The notes: generated by a model not told the origin, from the sequence alone. A DNA stretch of 64,000 nucleotides from Parcubacteria group bacterium GW2011_GWE2_39_37 (GCA_000995135.1 LBWY01000001.1:501-64500), one strand, 5' to 3'; shown: positions 46,929 to 56,374, counted from the stretch's first letter. Numbers and translations are program-made.

Positions 46929-48112
46929 AAATTAATTTTTTTGTTATTTAATAATTGTAAGGCCAATATATACATTGCTGCGTTCCAAGATTGACCCTCC
47001 ATGCCCGCTGCCTTTCCTGACTTACCATGAAACCACTCATTGAATTGCCAATCGCCCTTACTATTTAATTCGGCCAAGCGACTTATTTCTTGAGCGGCAA
47101 TTGTTTTATTGCCTGTTTTAATTAATGCGATAACCCAGAATTCACCAACAAATGGCCAAATTCCACCATTATGGTACTGGTTTGGAAAATTCTGGCTGTT
47201 CAATCTCATATACTCTCGCCAGTTTTTTGAATTCTCTTTAATCGGTTTTAAAACTGTCTTTACTGGCCATGGCTGATTAACCTTATTTTTTAAAAATGAA
47301 TTGATAATTAATTTTTCTATTTTTTTATCGGCAACTCCAGAAATAATGGCCAATAGGTTCGCATAAACGTCTACTTCTTCTCCAAAAAATAAATAATTTG
47401 CATAACTTAAAAAATTTTCTTGAGCTGCAATTTTTTCTTTCGCAGCATTAATAAGTCTCTTAGCCCGATGATTCCTGTTTAGATATTTTTGTGGCACTTC
47501 TTGCCAAGGATAAAATAGATAGTTGAAGCTTTCTTTAGTTTCCTTTATCTTTTCTAGTCCATATTTTTCTTTGACCCAATACCAAAGCGAGTTAGTATAA
47601 AGAACAAAACCGGAACGAGGCATTATGTCTGCCCAATCGCTTGCCTCATTCTGGACTAGTAAATAAAACTTCGGGTGCTCTTGGCAAGCTAACCAATTTA
47701 GCGCCTTTTTGATTTCTTTTTTTAAAATTAAAGATAATTTATTTTTTGTATTTGAATGATGGTCAAAAAATTTAATTGCCAACAGCCACCATAGAGTCGC
47801 ATCAATACATCCAAGATACCAAAAATCAGCATCTCTTTTTTGCATTTTTATATAATTGGGAATTTGACCATTGTCTGCTTGGTAGGCAGATAGTAACAAC
47901 AAGCTTTGCTTAGCCGTTTCAATCAATTTTGCGTTCCCGCTCATTACCATCCCAAACGAACAAATAGAGGCATCCCTTCCAAAAACATTTAAATAACTTC
48001 TACTGATCGCTTGCTTCGACTTTGAACTTGCCAAAATGCCATTAAGAACAGAATTATTCAATAATAGTTCGATCGCCTTGTCAGATGCCTCCTGCAATAG
48101 ATTGTTTTTCAT
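46925..48112 (-). CDS. six-hairpin glycosidase (GDE_C / GH100 neutral-invertase-like)
   Basis: DATLWW and QYHNGGIWPFVG motifs. Overlaps glgA by 4 nt. Confidence 0.5.
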   Translation of the reverse strand: MKNNLLQEASDKAIELLLNNSVLNGILASSKSKQAISRSYLNVFGRDASICSFGMVMSGNAKLIETAKQSLLLLSAYQADNGQIPNYIKMQKRDADFWYLGCIDATLWWLLAIKFFDHHSNTKNKLSLILKKEIKKALNWLACQEHPKFYLLVQNEASDWADIMPRSGFVLYTNSLWYWVKEKYGLEKIKETKESFNYLFYPWQEVPQKYLNRNHRAKRLINAAKEKIAAQENFLSYANYLFFGEEVDVYANLLAIISGVADKKIEKLIINSFLKNKVNQPWPVKTVLKPIKENSKNWREYMRLNSQNFPNQYHNGGIWPFVGEFWVIALIKTGNKTIAAQEISRLAELNSKGDWQFNEWFHGKSGKAAGMEGQSWNAAMYILALQLLNNKKINL

Positions 48113-48114
48113 AT

Positions 48115-48684
48115 TTATTTTTCACCGATCCAATTTAATATTTTATCAACTGCCAACTGATCAGGTAATTGCGTTGTTTCGATTTGCAGATAGGGGAGGC
48201 AACTCTTCTTGATTTCCTCCAGATATTGTCTTTGCTGTCTGATATACCATTCTGGAGTCTGAAGGATGCGCGCGTAATGCGGATAGAGATTGAGTCGATC
48301 GGCGATGCGTTTTTTTAACAGTTCTTTGTCCTCGGGAAAGGTGCAAAGGATGATTTTAAAATTCTCTTTCAGTAATTCATTTTCAATGTTACGGTAATCC
48401 TTTTCAACATTACGATGCAAACGGCTGTAGACGATATCCGAAAGAAAAAATTTTTCCACAATCACATTCTTGTCGCTAAGCTCTTTAAAAATTTGGTTAA
48501 AATGATTGATGACCGGCTGGCTTTTTTCGGTACCAAAAATTCCCACATCACAATTAAACCAATGGCAACCATCTAGCACCTGTTTGTTCTGATTATATTT
48601 TGATTCCAAAAAATCGTAAACCTGGGACATCAGCCAGCTTTTGCCAGCAAGTTCTGCACCTTCAAAAATCAAATGTTGCGCCAT
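48115..48684 (-). CDS. P-loop kinase-like protein (thymidylate/deoxynucleoside kinase fold)
   Basis: LIFEGAELAGKS Walker-A-like start and about 189 aa. Confidence 0.4.
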   Translation of the reverse strand: MAQHLIFEGAELAGKSWLMSQVYDFLESKYNQNKQVLDGCHWFNCDVGIFGTEKSQPVINHFNQIFKELSDKNVIVEKFFLSDIVYSRLHRNVEKDYRNIENELLKENFKIILCTFPEDKELLKKRIADRLNLYPHYARILQTPEWYIRQQRQYLEEIKKSCLPYLQIETTQLPDQLAVDKILNWIGEK

Positions 48685-48685
48685 A

Positions 48686-49549
48686 TTAATTGATTATCTT
48701 GCCTACGCCTTTTAAAAACTTGGAATCGATTTGAAAATAATCCCAAGAAGCGTTAAGCGGTGATTTATTGCCTTCAAAACGATGAAAGTCTGAGCCGCCT
48801 GTCATGATAAAACCTAGCTCCCTGGCCATGAATTGAGCGTACATTACTGCGCCAATAGAGTGATGCGGTGACAACACTTCCAGACCGTCGACGCCTAGAC
48901 TTTTTAACTCCGTCAAAATGCTTCTTCTCAATTGATTATATTTACCCGGATGGTTGAAAATAACCTGTCCGCCGATCTTTTTTTTAAGTTTCAAAATTCT
49001 CAAAATGTTAATCGAGCTGTTTTCCAGTTTCGGCAGCTGCGGATTGTTGAAATACTTATAAATAATCTCTTCTTCCCTGGGTTTATCGGTATCCAATTCT
49101 TTCATTATCTTTTTTTTGTTTTCTGGTACACGCAAAATATCATCAATCAAGTGATTAATTGAAACGTAGTGATTATATTTGTCCAACAATTTATTCGTAT
49201 CAATCTTAAAACCATCGGTGGACATTCTCTCTAAGATTTTTCTTACCTTACTGCGTCTTCTGGTTTGACTATCACGCAGCATCTTGTGCAGTTCCGGATT
49301 ATTATGATCAAAATTGAACCACAGCACATTTATATTGGTATGGCGTAACTTGGTATAAAGCTCAATGCCAACGATCGGCTTGATATTATGCTTTAGACAA
49401 GCGGTCTGGAATTCATCAACTCCGCCAACTGTATTGTGGTCGGTTAAAGCTGCTACCTTTACTCCTTGCCTGGCCAGAAAAGCTGCCATCTGAGTAGGAG
49501 TCAGATAACCGTCGGAGTAGGTAGAGTGCACTTGAAGATCTATTAACAT
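48686..49549 (-). CDS. PHP domain phosphoesterase
   Basis: IDLQVHSTYSDG and LTDHNT motifs, and a C-terminal GGSDFH motif. Confidence 0.75.
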   Translation of the reverse strand: MLIDLQVHSTYSDGYLTPTQMAAFLARQGVKVAALTDHNTVGGVDEFQTACLKHNIKPIVGIELYTKLRHTNINVLWFNFDHNNPELHKMLRDSQTRRRSKVRKILERMSTDGFKIDTNKLLDKYNHYVSINHLIDDILRVPENKKKIMKELDTDKPREEEIIYKYFNNPQLPKLENSSINILRILKLKKKIGGQVIFNHPGKYNQLRRSILTELKSLGVDGLEVLSPHHSIGAVMYAQFMARELGFIMTGGSDFHRFEGNKSPLNASWDYFQIDSKFLKGVGKIIN

Positions 49550-49683
49550 ATGTTTAAAAATATTTTAAAAAGATTATATAAAATCTAGCGTAATTTTGAA
49601 TTTTGAATTTATAATTTTAAAATAATTTTTAATATTTTAATTTTAAAAATTTATATTATTTTTATGCATTAAAAATTGAATCG

Positions 49684-49703
49684 AAATTCAAAATTTAAAA
49701 TTT
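49684..49703. repeat. 20-mer AAATTCAAAATTTAAAATTT, copy 1
   Basis: Identical to 54092-54111. Both copies lie directly 3' of a minus-strand stop codon. Confidence 0.7.
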
Positions 49704-49714
49704 AAAATTCAAAT

Positions 49715-50755
49715 TTAAAAATCACCAACCTTAAGTCCTAAATTCTTGCAAACTTGCTTGATCAGCGGCTTGGCTCTTTCCGGCTGTGGGTCGTGTTTCA
49801 TCAAAAAGTAATTTGCCGTCCGCACCGCAGTCCAATTATAATAATTTTCAATCCGTTTATTCAACGATTCATCCTGCTTGATCTTGCTGAGCTTGAAATA
49901 GTTTTCCAAAAATATCTTTTTTAGTTTTTCCGTATATTCCAGGTCTTCAATCTTTCGGTTAGACATATATTCCAACTGCTGAAGAAAAGTCCCCAGATCC
50001 CTAGCGAAATCCGACAAAGACAGATCGGTAAAATCAATTACCGCTAATTTTCGCTTGCTCATTTTGATAATATTTTCCGGATGAGCATCACCATGAACTA
50101 GCCAGCGCTTTTCCGTTGAATTCAAAAAACTTTCTTCATTGCTAATGAATATTTTATAAAATTGTTTATAAATTTCTGCATACTCCGGATACGTGTTTAC
50201 AATTCCCATAAGCACATTTTCTTTGCCTGGGAATACTGTCGATATTCTGCTATTTTCATAATTAAAATTCCTTGCATTCTCAGTCGATAGCCGATGTAGT
50301 TTGGCAAACCAGGCAGCCGCTTTTGGCAGGATCGCTTCAATTTCTGAAAAGTCTTTTTCTTTGATGAAATAATACAGTGTTTCACCCTTGACGCCGCGAT
50401 AAAATGTTGCGTTGAATTCTTTAGAATAAAACAGGGGATGGGGAATCGAAAGGTTGCCCTTGCCAAAGTCTTGCTTCCACAAAAAATCTAGTACTTCATA
50501 GACATTCTTTCGCGGTTCTGAGCTGTGCGCCGAACAATAAATTGGCATTCTGGTCAGCTTGCCCTCATTGTCTTCAAAGGTTGTTTCATATTTAAAAACC
50601 ACATGATAGGTGGTGTGCCAAACATTATTCTTTATTTTGGTAATCAAGATTTTTTTGATTTTTTTAAAATTCGGATATTTTGTTAAGATCTCTTGATTGA
50701 ACAACTCTTTCACAAAATCCGGTTCAAGCAGTTTATATATTATATTTACATTCAT
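49715..50755 (-). CDS. aminoglycoside-phosphotransferase-fold (APH/choline kinase family) kinase
   Basis: HGDAHPENII catalytic loop and IDFTD metal-binding motif. Confidence 0.65.
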   Translation of the reverse strand: MNVNIIYKLLEPDFVKELFNQEILTKYPNFKKIKKILITKIKNNVWHTTYHVVFKYETTFEDNEGKLTRMPIYCSAHSSEPRKNVYEVLDFLWKQDFGKGNLSIPHPLFYSKEFNATFYRGVKGETLYYFIKEKDFSEIEAILPKAAAWFAKLHRLSTENARNFNYENSRISTVFPGKENVLMGIVNTYPEYAEIYKQFYKIFISNEESFLNSTEKRWLVHGDAHPENIIKMSKRKLAVIDFTDLSLSDFARDLGTFLQQLEYMSNRKIEDLEYTEKLKKIFLENYFKLSKIKQDESLNKRIENYYNWTAVRTANYFLMKHDPQPERAKPLIKQVCKNLGLKVGDF

Positions 50756-50778
50756 AAAGATTAAATAAACAAACGATT

Positions 50779-51945
50779 CTATTTTTTCCTATAAAAATTC
50801 CAATGTGTATGCCAAACGAGTTTTCTTATTTCCATTGCCAATTTTTCTGCCTTGACCTTGGTCACAAGATTAGTCGAATTTTCCAGAGTTCGGATCGATC
50901 TGATCAGTTCATTAACACCTTTTTCAATCTCATCGGGGTTCCAGGCGATCGGACCAAAAACCGGACTGAAGTCTCTACCGGAAGCCCACCAGAATACGCA
51001 GCTGGCCATGCCGCGGACTAGATGCCAACGCGCCCAAACAAGATTAGGATCGTCTGCACTTTCTTTGTTTGTTTTTTCGGCCAAAGCAACCAGCTGCCAT
51101 AACTTACGATGCACTTCATTTTTTTTATCCGACCAAAGAATATAGGGCTGCTTATCGGCCAACTCCTGTTCGCTGGATTGCCAAGAAGCCTCGACAGCGT
51201 CTATTTTTTTAAAATTTTCTTTTCCATTTATGAATTCCGAAATCGTCAAAGTCACCAAGTCTTTCGTCTTTAATAATTTTTCAAATTCAGCAGTGTGATC
51301 GATGTAGTGAAGTCCATAAAGCTCTGCATCCGAAGCAGTTATCGCTGTAGTTAATTTTTTTTCTTTGATCTCTTTGGCCAGTGTCTCCGGTACATAAGTT
51401 TCTGAAATATTCCTTTGGCGAAACACTAGCTCCAGGCCGCTATTTTTATCAATGTATCGCTGGTCTGTATCCAACTGGCCTAATTTTCCATTCAAAGATA
51501 TCTCATCAACTATTGCCCATTGGTAACCGAGCTTTTTTACCAGCTTGGCTACTTTATGGCCATAGGCCATCTCCGGAAAAAAGAAGCCTCTAAGCTTAAG
51601 CTCGTTACCAAAATATTTTTTTAATATATTTTCATTCTCTACTATCTGTGCTTCGGCTTCAGTAAGTTTGGACAAAGGTAAAAGAGTGTGATACGCCGCG
51701 CTACCTACTAACTCGACCTGCCCATTTTCGATCAGCTTTTTTATTCTCAAAATCAACCCATCATAATGGAATTCTTCGGCCCATCGCAACAGCAAACAAC
51801 CGGAAATATTCAAAGTGAATTTTATATCCGGGTGCTCCTCAAGCGCACGAACAATTCTCTCATAGCTGTGCTTGGTAGCTGCAACTATCTTTTCACTTTC
51901 GATATTCGCAGGCTGATATAAATGTAAAAAATTTATCCAATACAT
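50779..51945 (-). CDS. glycoside hydrolase family 57 protein
   Basis: N-terminal INFLHLYQPAN (the GH57 HQP signature) and a (beta/alpha)7-like length. Confidence 0.6.
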   Translation of the reverse strand: MYWINFLHLYQPANIESEKIVAATKHSYERIVRALEEHPDIKFTLNISGCLLLRWAEEFHYDGLILRIKKLIENGQVELVGSAAYHTLLPLSKLTEAEAQIVENENILKKYFGNELKLRGFFFPEMAYGHKVAKLVKKLGYQWAIVDEISLNGKLGQLDTDQRYIDKNSGLELVFRQRNISETYVPETLAKEIKEKKLTTAITASDAELYGLHYIDHTAEFEKLLKTKDLVTLTISEFINGKENFKKIDAVEASWQSSEQELADKQPYILWSDKKNEVHRKLWQLVALAEKTNKESADDPNLVWARWHLVRGMASCVFWWASGRDFSPVFGPIAWNPDEIEKGVNELIRSIRTLENSTNLVTKVKAEKLAMEIRKLVWHTHWNFYRKK

Positions 51946-51948
51946 TTT

Positions 51949-53463
51949 TTAATCTTTAGCGTGATTCCCCTTGTTGTTACCATTACCAATTTTATATTTT
52001 GGCAATTTTACCGCCTTCCTATAGAGCGTAACATACTTTTTCGCCGGTATTTCCCAACTGTTCGACTGTTGCATCGCTCGAACCATCATTTCTCTGAAAG
52101 TTTTTTTATATTTGAAAGTTTCCAAAGCTCTTACCATCGCTTCGTGTAAAGAAAAAACATCAAAGTGATTGAAGGTAAAACCTGTACCTTGATTAGTGGC
52201 AGGGTTGAAGTTTTTTACCGTATCATATAGCCCCCCGACTCTGCGTACGATTGGAATACAGCCGTAGCGCATCGCCTTGAGCTGATTTATGCCACATGGC
52301 TCATGATGAGAAGGCAACAATATGAAATCAGAACCGGCGTAAACCATGGTTTCTAGATGTTCATAGCCGGTGAAAGGCAACCAAACAATTTTCTTGCTAT
52401 ATTTTTTCTGAAACTTTTTAAGCTCATTGATGTATTTTTTGTCACCGTCACCCAAAATTATTATCTGCAGATCCAAACTCAATAGGTGGTCCAAAAGTGG
52501 GATGATTAATTCAAAGCCTTTTTGAAAAGTCACCCTGGAGGTTAGGCTAATTATCGGCACATCGCGATCAATCGGTAGTTTGAAAGTTTCTTGCAGATAT
52601 TCCTTATTAAGCTTTTTCCGATGAATCTTTTTGTAATCATAATTTTTAAACAAACCAATGTCGACCAAAGGGTTGAATGCTTTGTAATCTATGCCGTTGA
52701 TGATGCCGAAAAGTCTGTCTTTACGATTGCGCAAGATGCGGTCCAGATCTTGACCGAAACTTTTGGTCATAATTTCTTCGCGGTATTGTTCACTGACAGT
52801 ATTGATGACATCAGCTGACAAGATTCCACGTTTGGCAAAATTTATATATTCAATGTTGGAGTCAGCCAGAAGAGGAAGATTTCTTTTACCAAAATCTTTC
52901 TTGTCGGCAGGCACTTCCCACCAATTCCTGCCAAATTGAAAGACAAGATTATGAATAGTATAAACAGTTTTGGTCTTGCTCAGGCTCTTGGAATATTTAA
53001 AATCATTCTTCAGATAAAAAGGAATCAGCCCTGTCTGCCAATCATGACAATGGATAATATCGGCCTCAAATTTTAAAATTGATAAAAGCTTCAAAACCGC
53101 TACATCAAAAATTAAAAAGCGAGTGTTTTCGTGAGTCGAACCGTAAATAGATTTTTTTTGCGAAAAGTATTTTTTGTTTTCCACAAAATAAATCGGCAAA
53201 TCTTTCATCAGATAACCTTGCCAATAATTTACAACAACATCTTCTTTTGCATTAAGTGAAATTTTTATTTCTTTGTAAATCAATTTCAAATCATATTCTT
53301 CTTTGTCGATCACCTTGCCATAAAAAGGAGTAATCACCATGACTTCATGCCCCAAGCGCTTGATCGCTTTGGGCAAACTTCTGGCAACATCTGCCAAACC
53401 GCCTGTCTTGGAAAAAGGCGCAACCTCACTGGCGACACTGACAATTTTTAATTTTTTGGTCAT
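51949..53463 (-). CDS. glgA: glycogen/starch synthase (GT5), paralogue 2
   Basis: KTGGLADV and CHDWQ motifs. Start placed at MTKKLKIV; the longer ORF would overlap ruvC. Confidence 0.8.
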   Translation of the reverse strand: MTKKLKIVSVASEVAPFSKTGGLADVARSLPKAIKRLGHEVMVITPFYGKVIDKEEYDLKLIYKEIKISLNAKEDVVVNYWQGYLMKDLPIYFVENKKYFSQKKSIYGSTHENTRFLIFDVAVLKLLSILKFEADIIHCHDWQTGLIPFYLKNDFKYSKSLSKTKTVYTIHNLVFQFGRNWWEVPADKKDFGKRNLPLLADSNIEYINFAKRGILSADVINTVSEQYREEIMTKSFGQDLDRILRNRKDRLFGIINGIDYKAFNPLVDIGLFKNYDYKKIHRKKLNKEYLQETFKLPIDRDVPIISLTSRVTFQKGFELIIPLLDHLLSLDLQIIILGDGDKKYINELKKFQKKYSKKIVWLPFTGYEHLETMVYAGSDFILLPSHHEPCGINQLKAMRYGCIPIVRRVGGLYDTVKNFNPATNQGTGFTFNHFDVFSLHEAMVRALETFKYKKTFREMMVRAMQQSNSWEIPAKKYVTLYRKAVKLPKYKIGNGNNKGNHAKD

Positions 53464-53473
53464 GATTTTATTC

Positions 53474-53995
53474 TTAGGCTCTTGCGTTAAGAGCGCAGAT
53501 AGCGATGGCCAGTGCATCAGCCGCATCGTCCGGCTTGGGCAGTTCTGTTAAATTTAAAATGATTTTCACCATTCTTTGAACTTGCTGTTTGTCTGCCTTG
53601 CCATAAGCAGAAACAGCTTGTTTTACCTGAAGCGGAGTGAATTCTTTGATTGATAAATTGTTTTGTTTGAGAGTTAGCAAAGCAACACCCCTAGCTTGAC
53701 CAACCACCAAGGCAGTTTTTGCATTATTGCAAAAAAATAACTGCTCAATCGCCGCCTGGTCAGGCTTGTATTTCTTGATCACTTCTTCTAGTTTTTTATT
53801 CAAAATTTCTAGCCGTTCTGACAGATTGTCGCTAGCCTGTGTCTTTATCGAACCATAAGCCAAACACTTCAGTTTTCCATTTTCCTCACAGATTACCCCA
53901 AAGCCGGTATCGGCAATTCCGGGATCGATGCCTAAAATGATTTTAACGTTATCTTTTTTAATCAAAGGCTTTTTTAATATTAAATGATTATTCAC
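53474..53995 (-). CDS. ruvC: crossover junction endodeoxyribonuclease RuvC
   Basis: ILGIDPG...GFGVI, E in AIEQLFF, and a C-terminal DAADALAIA motif. Confidence 0.9.
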   Translation of the reverse strand: MNNHLILKKPLIKKDNVKIILGIDPGIADTGFGVICEENGKLKCLAYGSIKTQASDNLSERLEILNKKLEEVIKKYKPDQAAIEQLFFCNNAKTALVVGQARGVALLTLKQNNLSIKEFTPLQVKQAVSAYGKADKQQVQRMVKIILNLTELPKPDDAADALAIAICALNARA

Positions 53996-54091
53996 AAAAA
54001 TAAAGTTAAATTTTCAATTTCTAATTTTAAAACAATTTCAAATGATATAATTCTTAAATTTAGCGAATTAAAAAAATAAAAATTTAGACAT

Positions 54092-54111
54092 TAAATTCAA
54101 AATTTAAAATT
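54092..54111. repeat. 20-mer AAATTCAAAATTTAAAATTT, copy 2
   Basis: Identical to 49684-49703. Confidence 0.7.
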
Positions 54112-54114
54112 TTA

Positions 54115-54837
54115 TTAGACATTCGAAATATTGTGGTAATAATCATTCACATCCTCATCTTCCTCTAGTGCTTCGATAAAATCTTCCACTTTTTTTACAT
54201 CTTCTTCGTTTAATGCCAATTCTTCTTTGGCTACGTATTCAATTTGTGCTGATTCCACTGAGATATTTTTGTTGTCAAAATAATTTTTTACTGTCTGAAG
54301 ATCGGCAACCTTCGTATAGACAGTGACGCCTTCTTCTTCATTCAAAATATCATCGGCACCAGCCTCAATCAATTCCAGCTCCAGTTCATCAAAGCTGATT
54401 TTGCTTAAGCTTTCCTTGCTCACTCGAATTACACCTTTCTGTTCAAAATTCCAACCAACTGTGCCCATGGAGCCGCCAAATTTTGAAAAATGATGGCGAA
54501 TAGATGAGGCAGTCCTATTCTTGCTGTCGGTCAGGCACTTGATGACAAATTGTGAATTGGCCGGCCCAAAACCTTCGTAATACAATTCTTCAATGACAGC
54601 GCCGGCTAATTCGCCAGTACCACGCTTGATTGATCTTTCAATATTATCCTTGGGCATATTGGCCGCCCTTGCTCTTTCAACTGCCAATCTTAAAGAAAAA
54701 TTAATATTCACATCTCCGCCTTTTTCTTTCGCGGCGATAGTGATCAGATTTGCTAGCTTGGTAAAGACAGCACTGCGCTTGGCATCAGTGACCGCCTTGG
54801 CTCTTTTAGTTGTAGCCCATTTACTGTGTCCAGACAT
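54115..54837 (-). CDS. yebC: YebC/PmpR family DNA-binding regulator
   Basis: MSGHSKWATTKRAKA start and a three-domain YebC layout. Confidence 0.9.
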   Translation of the reverse strand: MSGHSKWATTKRAKAVTDAKRSAVFTKLANLITIAAKEKGGDVNINFSLRLAVERARAANMPKDNIERSIKRGTGELAGAVIEELYYEGFGPANSQFVIKCLTDSKNRTASSIRHHFSKFGGSMGTVGWNFEQKGVIRVSKESLSKISFDELELELIEAGADDILNEEEGVTVYTKVADLQTVKNYFDNKNISVESAQIEYVAKEELALNEEDVKKVEDFIEALEEDEDVNDYYHNISNV

Positions 54838-55085
54838 AGTGTTTAGTGTCATTCCCGTACCCGACTGCTGTCGAGCATAAACTCCAGCGGGAATCCAGAA
54901 AGTTTTAAATTATTACTCATATAAAGAAAACAGGCTTCGCCTGATTCATTATTATTAGTTTAACATAAATTGCAATAAAAATCAAGATTAAAATCAGGTT
55001 AAAATCAAATAAATCTAGTTCTTTATCATATAAAGATTACTTTTAAATTGCTATATTGCTATATTGCTGAAAAACTTAAAACAAT

Positions 55086-55110
55086 TTAACAATATAGCAA
55101 TTTAACAATT
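55086..55110. repeat. 25-mer TTAACAATATAGCAATTTAACAATT, copy 2
   Basis: Identical to 44846-44870. Preceded by the inverted partner ATTGCTATATTG at about 55048. Confidence 0.7.
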
Positions 55111-55183
55111 ATTTTTTACATCCAGATGCCTAAATCCAAAAACAATGATATAATAATTCGGATAATAATTAATGAAATAATTT

Positions 55184-56254
55184 ATGCTAGACAATATTGC
55201 CAGAATAAAAAAATTCGACACCGGCAGAGTTGCTGAGTCGATTGAAATGCTGCCCCTGCAAATGAAGCAGGTCTTGGACGAGGCACGTTTAATTAAGATT
55301 CCGGCCAGCTATAGCAAGATTGACCATGTTGTGATAAACGGTATGGGCGGGTCCGGGCTAGGAACGCACATCATTAAAGCTGCCTTTGCTGATCAGATCA
55401 ATGTCCCTATCAGCTTGACTCCTGGCTATGAAGTGCCCGCCAACGTAAACAAAAACACCTTATATGTCCTTTCTTCTTATTCTGGTACCACCGAAGAGGT
55501 TTTGAGCGTTTATCAGGAAGTAAAAAAACGTAAAGCCAAGATTATCGCCATTGTTTCGAAAGGGAATAGCAAATTGGAAAAATTGATGATCAAAGATAAT
55601 ATTCCCGGCTATATTTTTAAGCCCCAGTTCAATCCCTCAAACCAACCACGCCTTGGATTAGGATATTCGATTTTTGGCATGTTAGTTCTATTCGCCAAAA
55701 CAGGTTTATTTAAAATTAATGTTCCCGATTTTGAGAAAATCATTACCAACTTAGAATTAAGAGGCAAAGAGTTGCGCACCCAAGAAGAAACAAAAATTAA
55801 TCATGCCAAAAAAATTGCCCAAAGGTTATTCGGGAAATTGCCAATTTTGGTGGCTGGTGAATTTTTAATCGGCAATTTACATGCCTTTAGAAATCAGATT
55901 TGCGAAAACAGCAAAAATTTTGCCACCTACCTGATTCTGCCCGACCTGAACCATTTCGCCATGGAAGGCTTAGCCAACCCGGCTAGCAACAAGAAAGACC
56001 TAACTTTTCTTTTCTTCAAATCCGCTTTCTATCAAGACAGATTGAAAAAAAGAGTCGAATTGACCGACCAGGTGGTGAAAAAGAATAAAATCGAAACAGT
56101 AATGCACGAACTAAAGGGCGAAACCAAGGTAGAACAAGTTTTCGAACTATTACAGCTTGGCACCTGGATCAGCTTCTACCTCGGCATCCTCAACCAAGTC
56201 GACCCGGTTCAGATCAAATGGGTGGACTGGTTCAAAAAGAAGTTAGACGAATAA
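55184..56254 (+). CDS. bifunctional phosphoglucose/phosphomannose isomerase (SIS domains)
   Basis: INGMGGSG and SYSGTTEE motifs. About 356 aa, the archaeal-type PGI/PMI length. Confidence 0.7.
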   Translation: MLDNIARIKKFDTGRVAESIEMLPLQMKQVLDEARLIKIPASYSKIDHVVINGMGGSGLGTHIIKAAFADQINVPISLTPGYEVPANVNKNTLYVLSSYSGTTEEVLSVYQEVKKRKAKIIAIVSKGNSKLEKLMIKDNIPGYIFKPQFNPSNQPRLGLGYSIFGMLVLFAKTGLFKINVPDFEKIITNLELRGKELRTQEETKINHAKKIAQRLFGKLPILVAGEFLIGNLHAFRNQICENSKNFATYLILPDLNHFAMEGLANPASNKKDLTFLFFKSAFYQDRLKKRVELTDQVVKKNKIETVMHELKGETKVEQVFELLQLGTWISFYLGILNQVDPVQIKWVDWFKKKLDE

Positions 56255-56267
56255 CCCCCTTAGTTAA

Positions 56268-56292
56268 CCCCTCTCCTTACGAAGGAGAGGGG
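56268..56292. repeat. GC-rich palindrome CCCCTCTCCTT-ACG-AAGGAGAGGGG
   Basis: Perfect 11-bp stem 14 nt after the stop codon. No T-tract follows. Confidence 0.7.
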
Positions 56293-56353
56293 CAGGGGTG
56301 AGGTCAGTTCTATATAAAACAAATATCTAAAAGCCACCGCCTCCAAACCACCA

Positions 56354-56374
56354 GGACAGAACACTGTTCTGTCC
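56354..56374. repeat. GC-rich palindrome GGACAGAAC-ACT-GTTCTGTCC
   Basis: Perfect 9-bp stem. Related to GGGACAGGTCGCGACCTGTCCC at 62474. Confidence 0.7.

Noticed and set aside
53464-53526. Longer start (53526) for the second glgA
   Set aside because: It would overlap ruvC by 53 nt and add a non-conserved N-terminus. MTKKLKIVSVASEVAPFSKTGGLADV at 53463 matches the family start.
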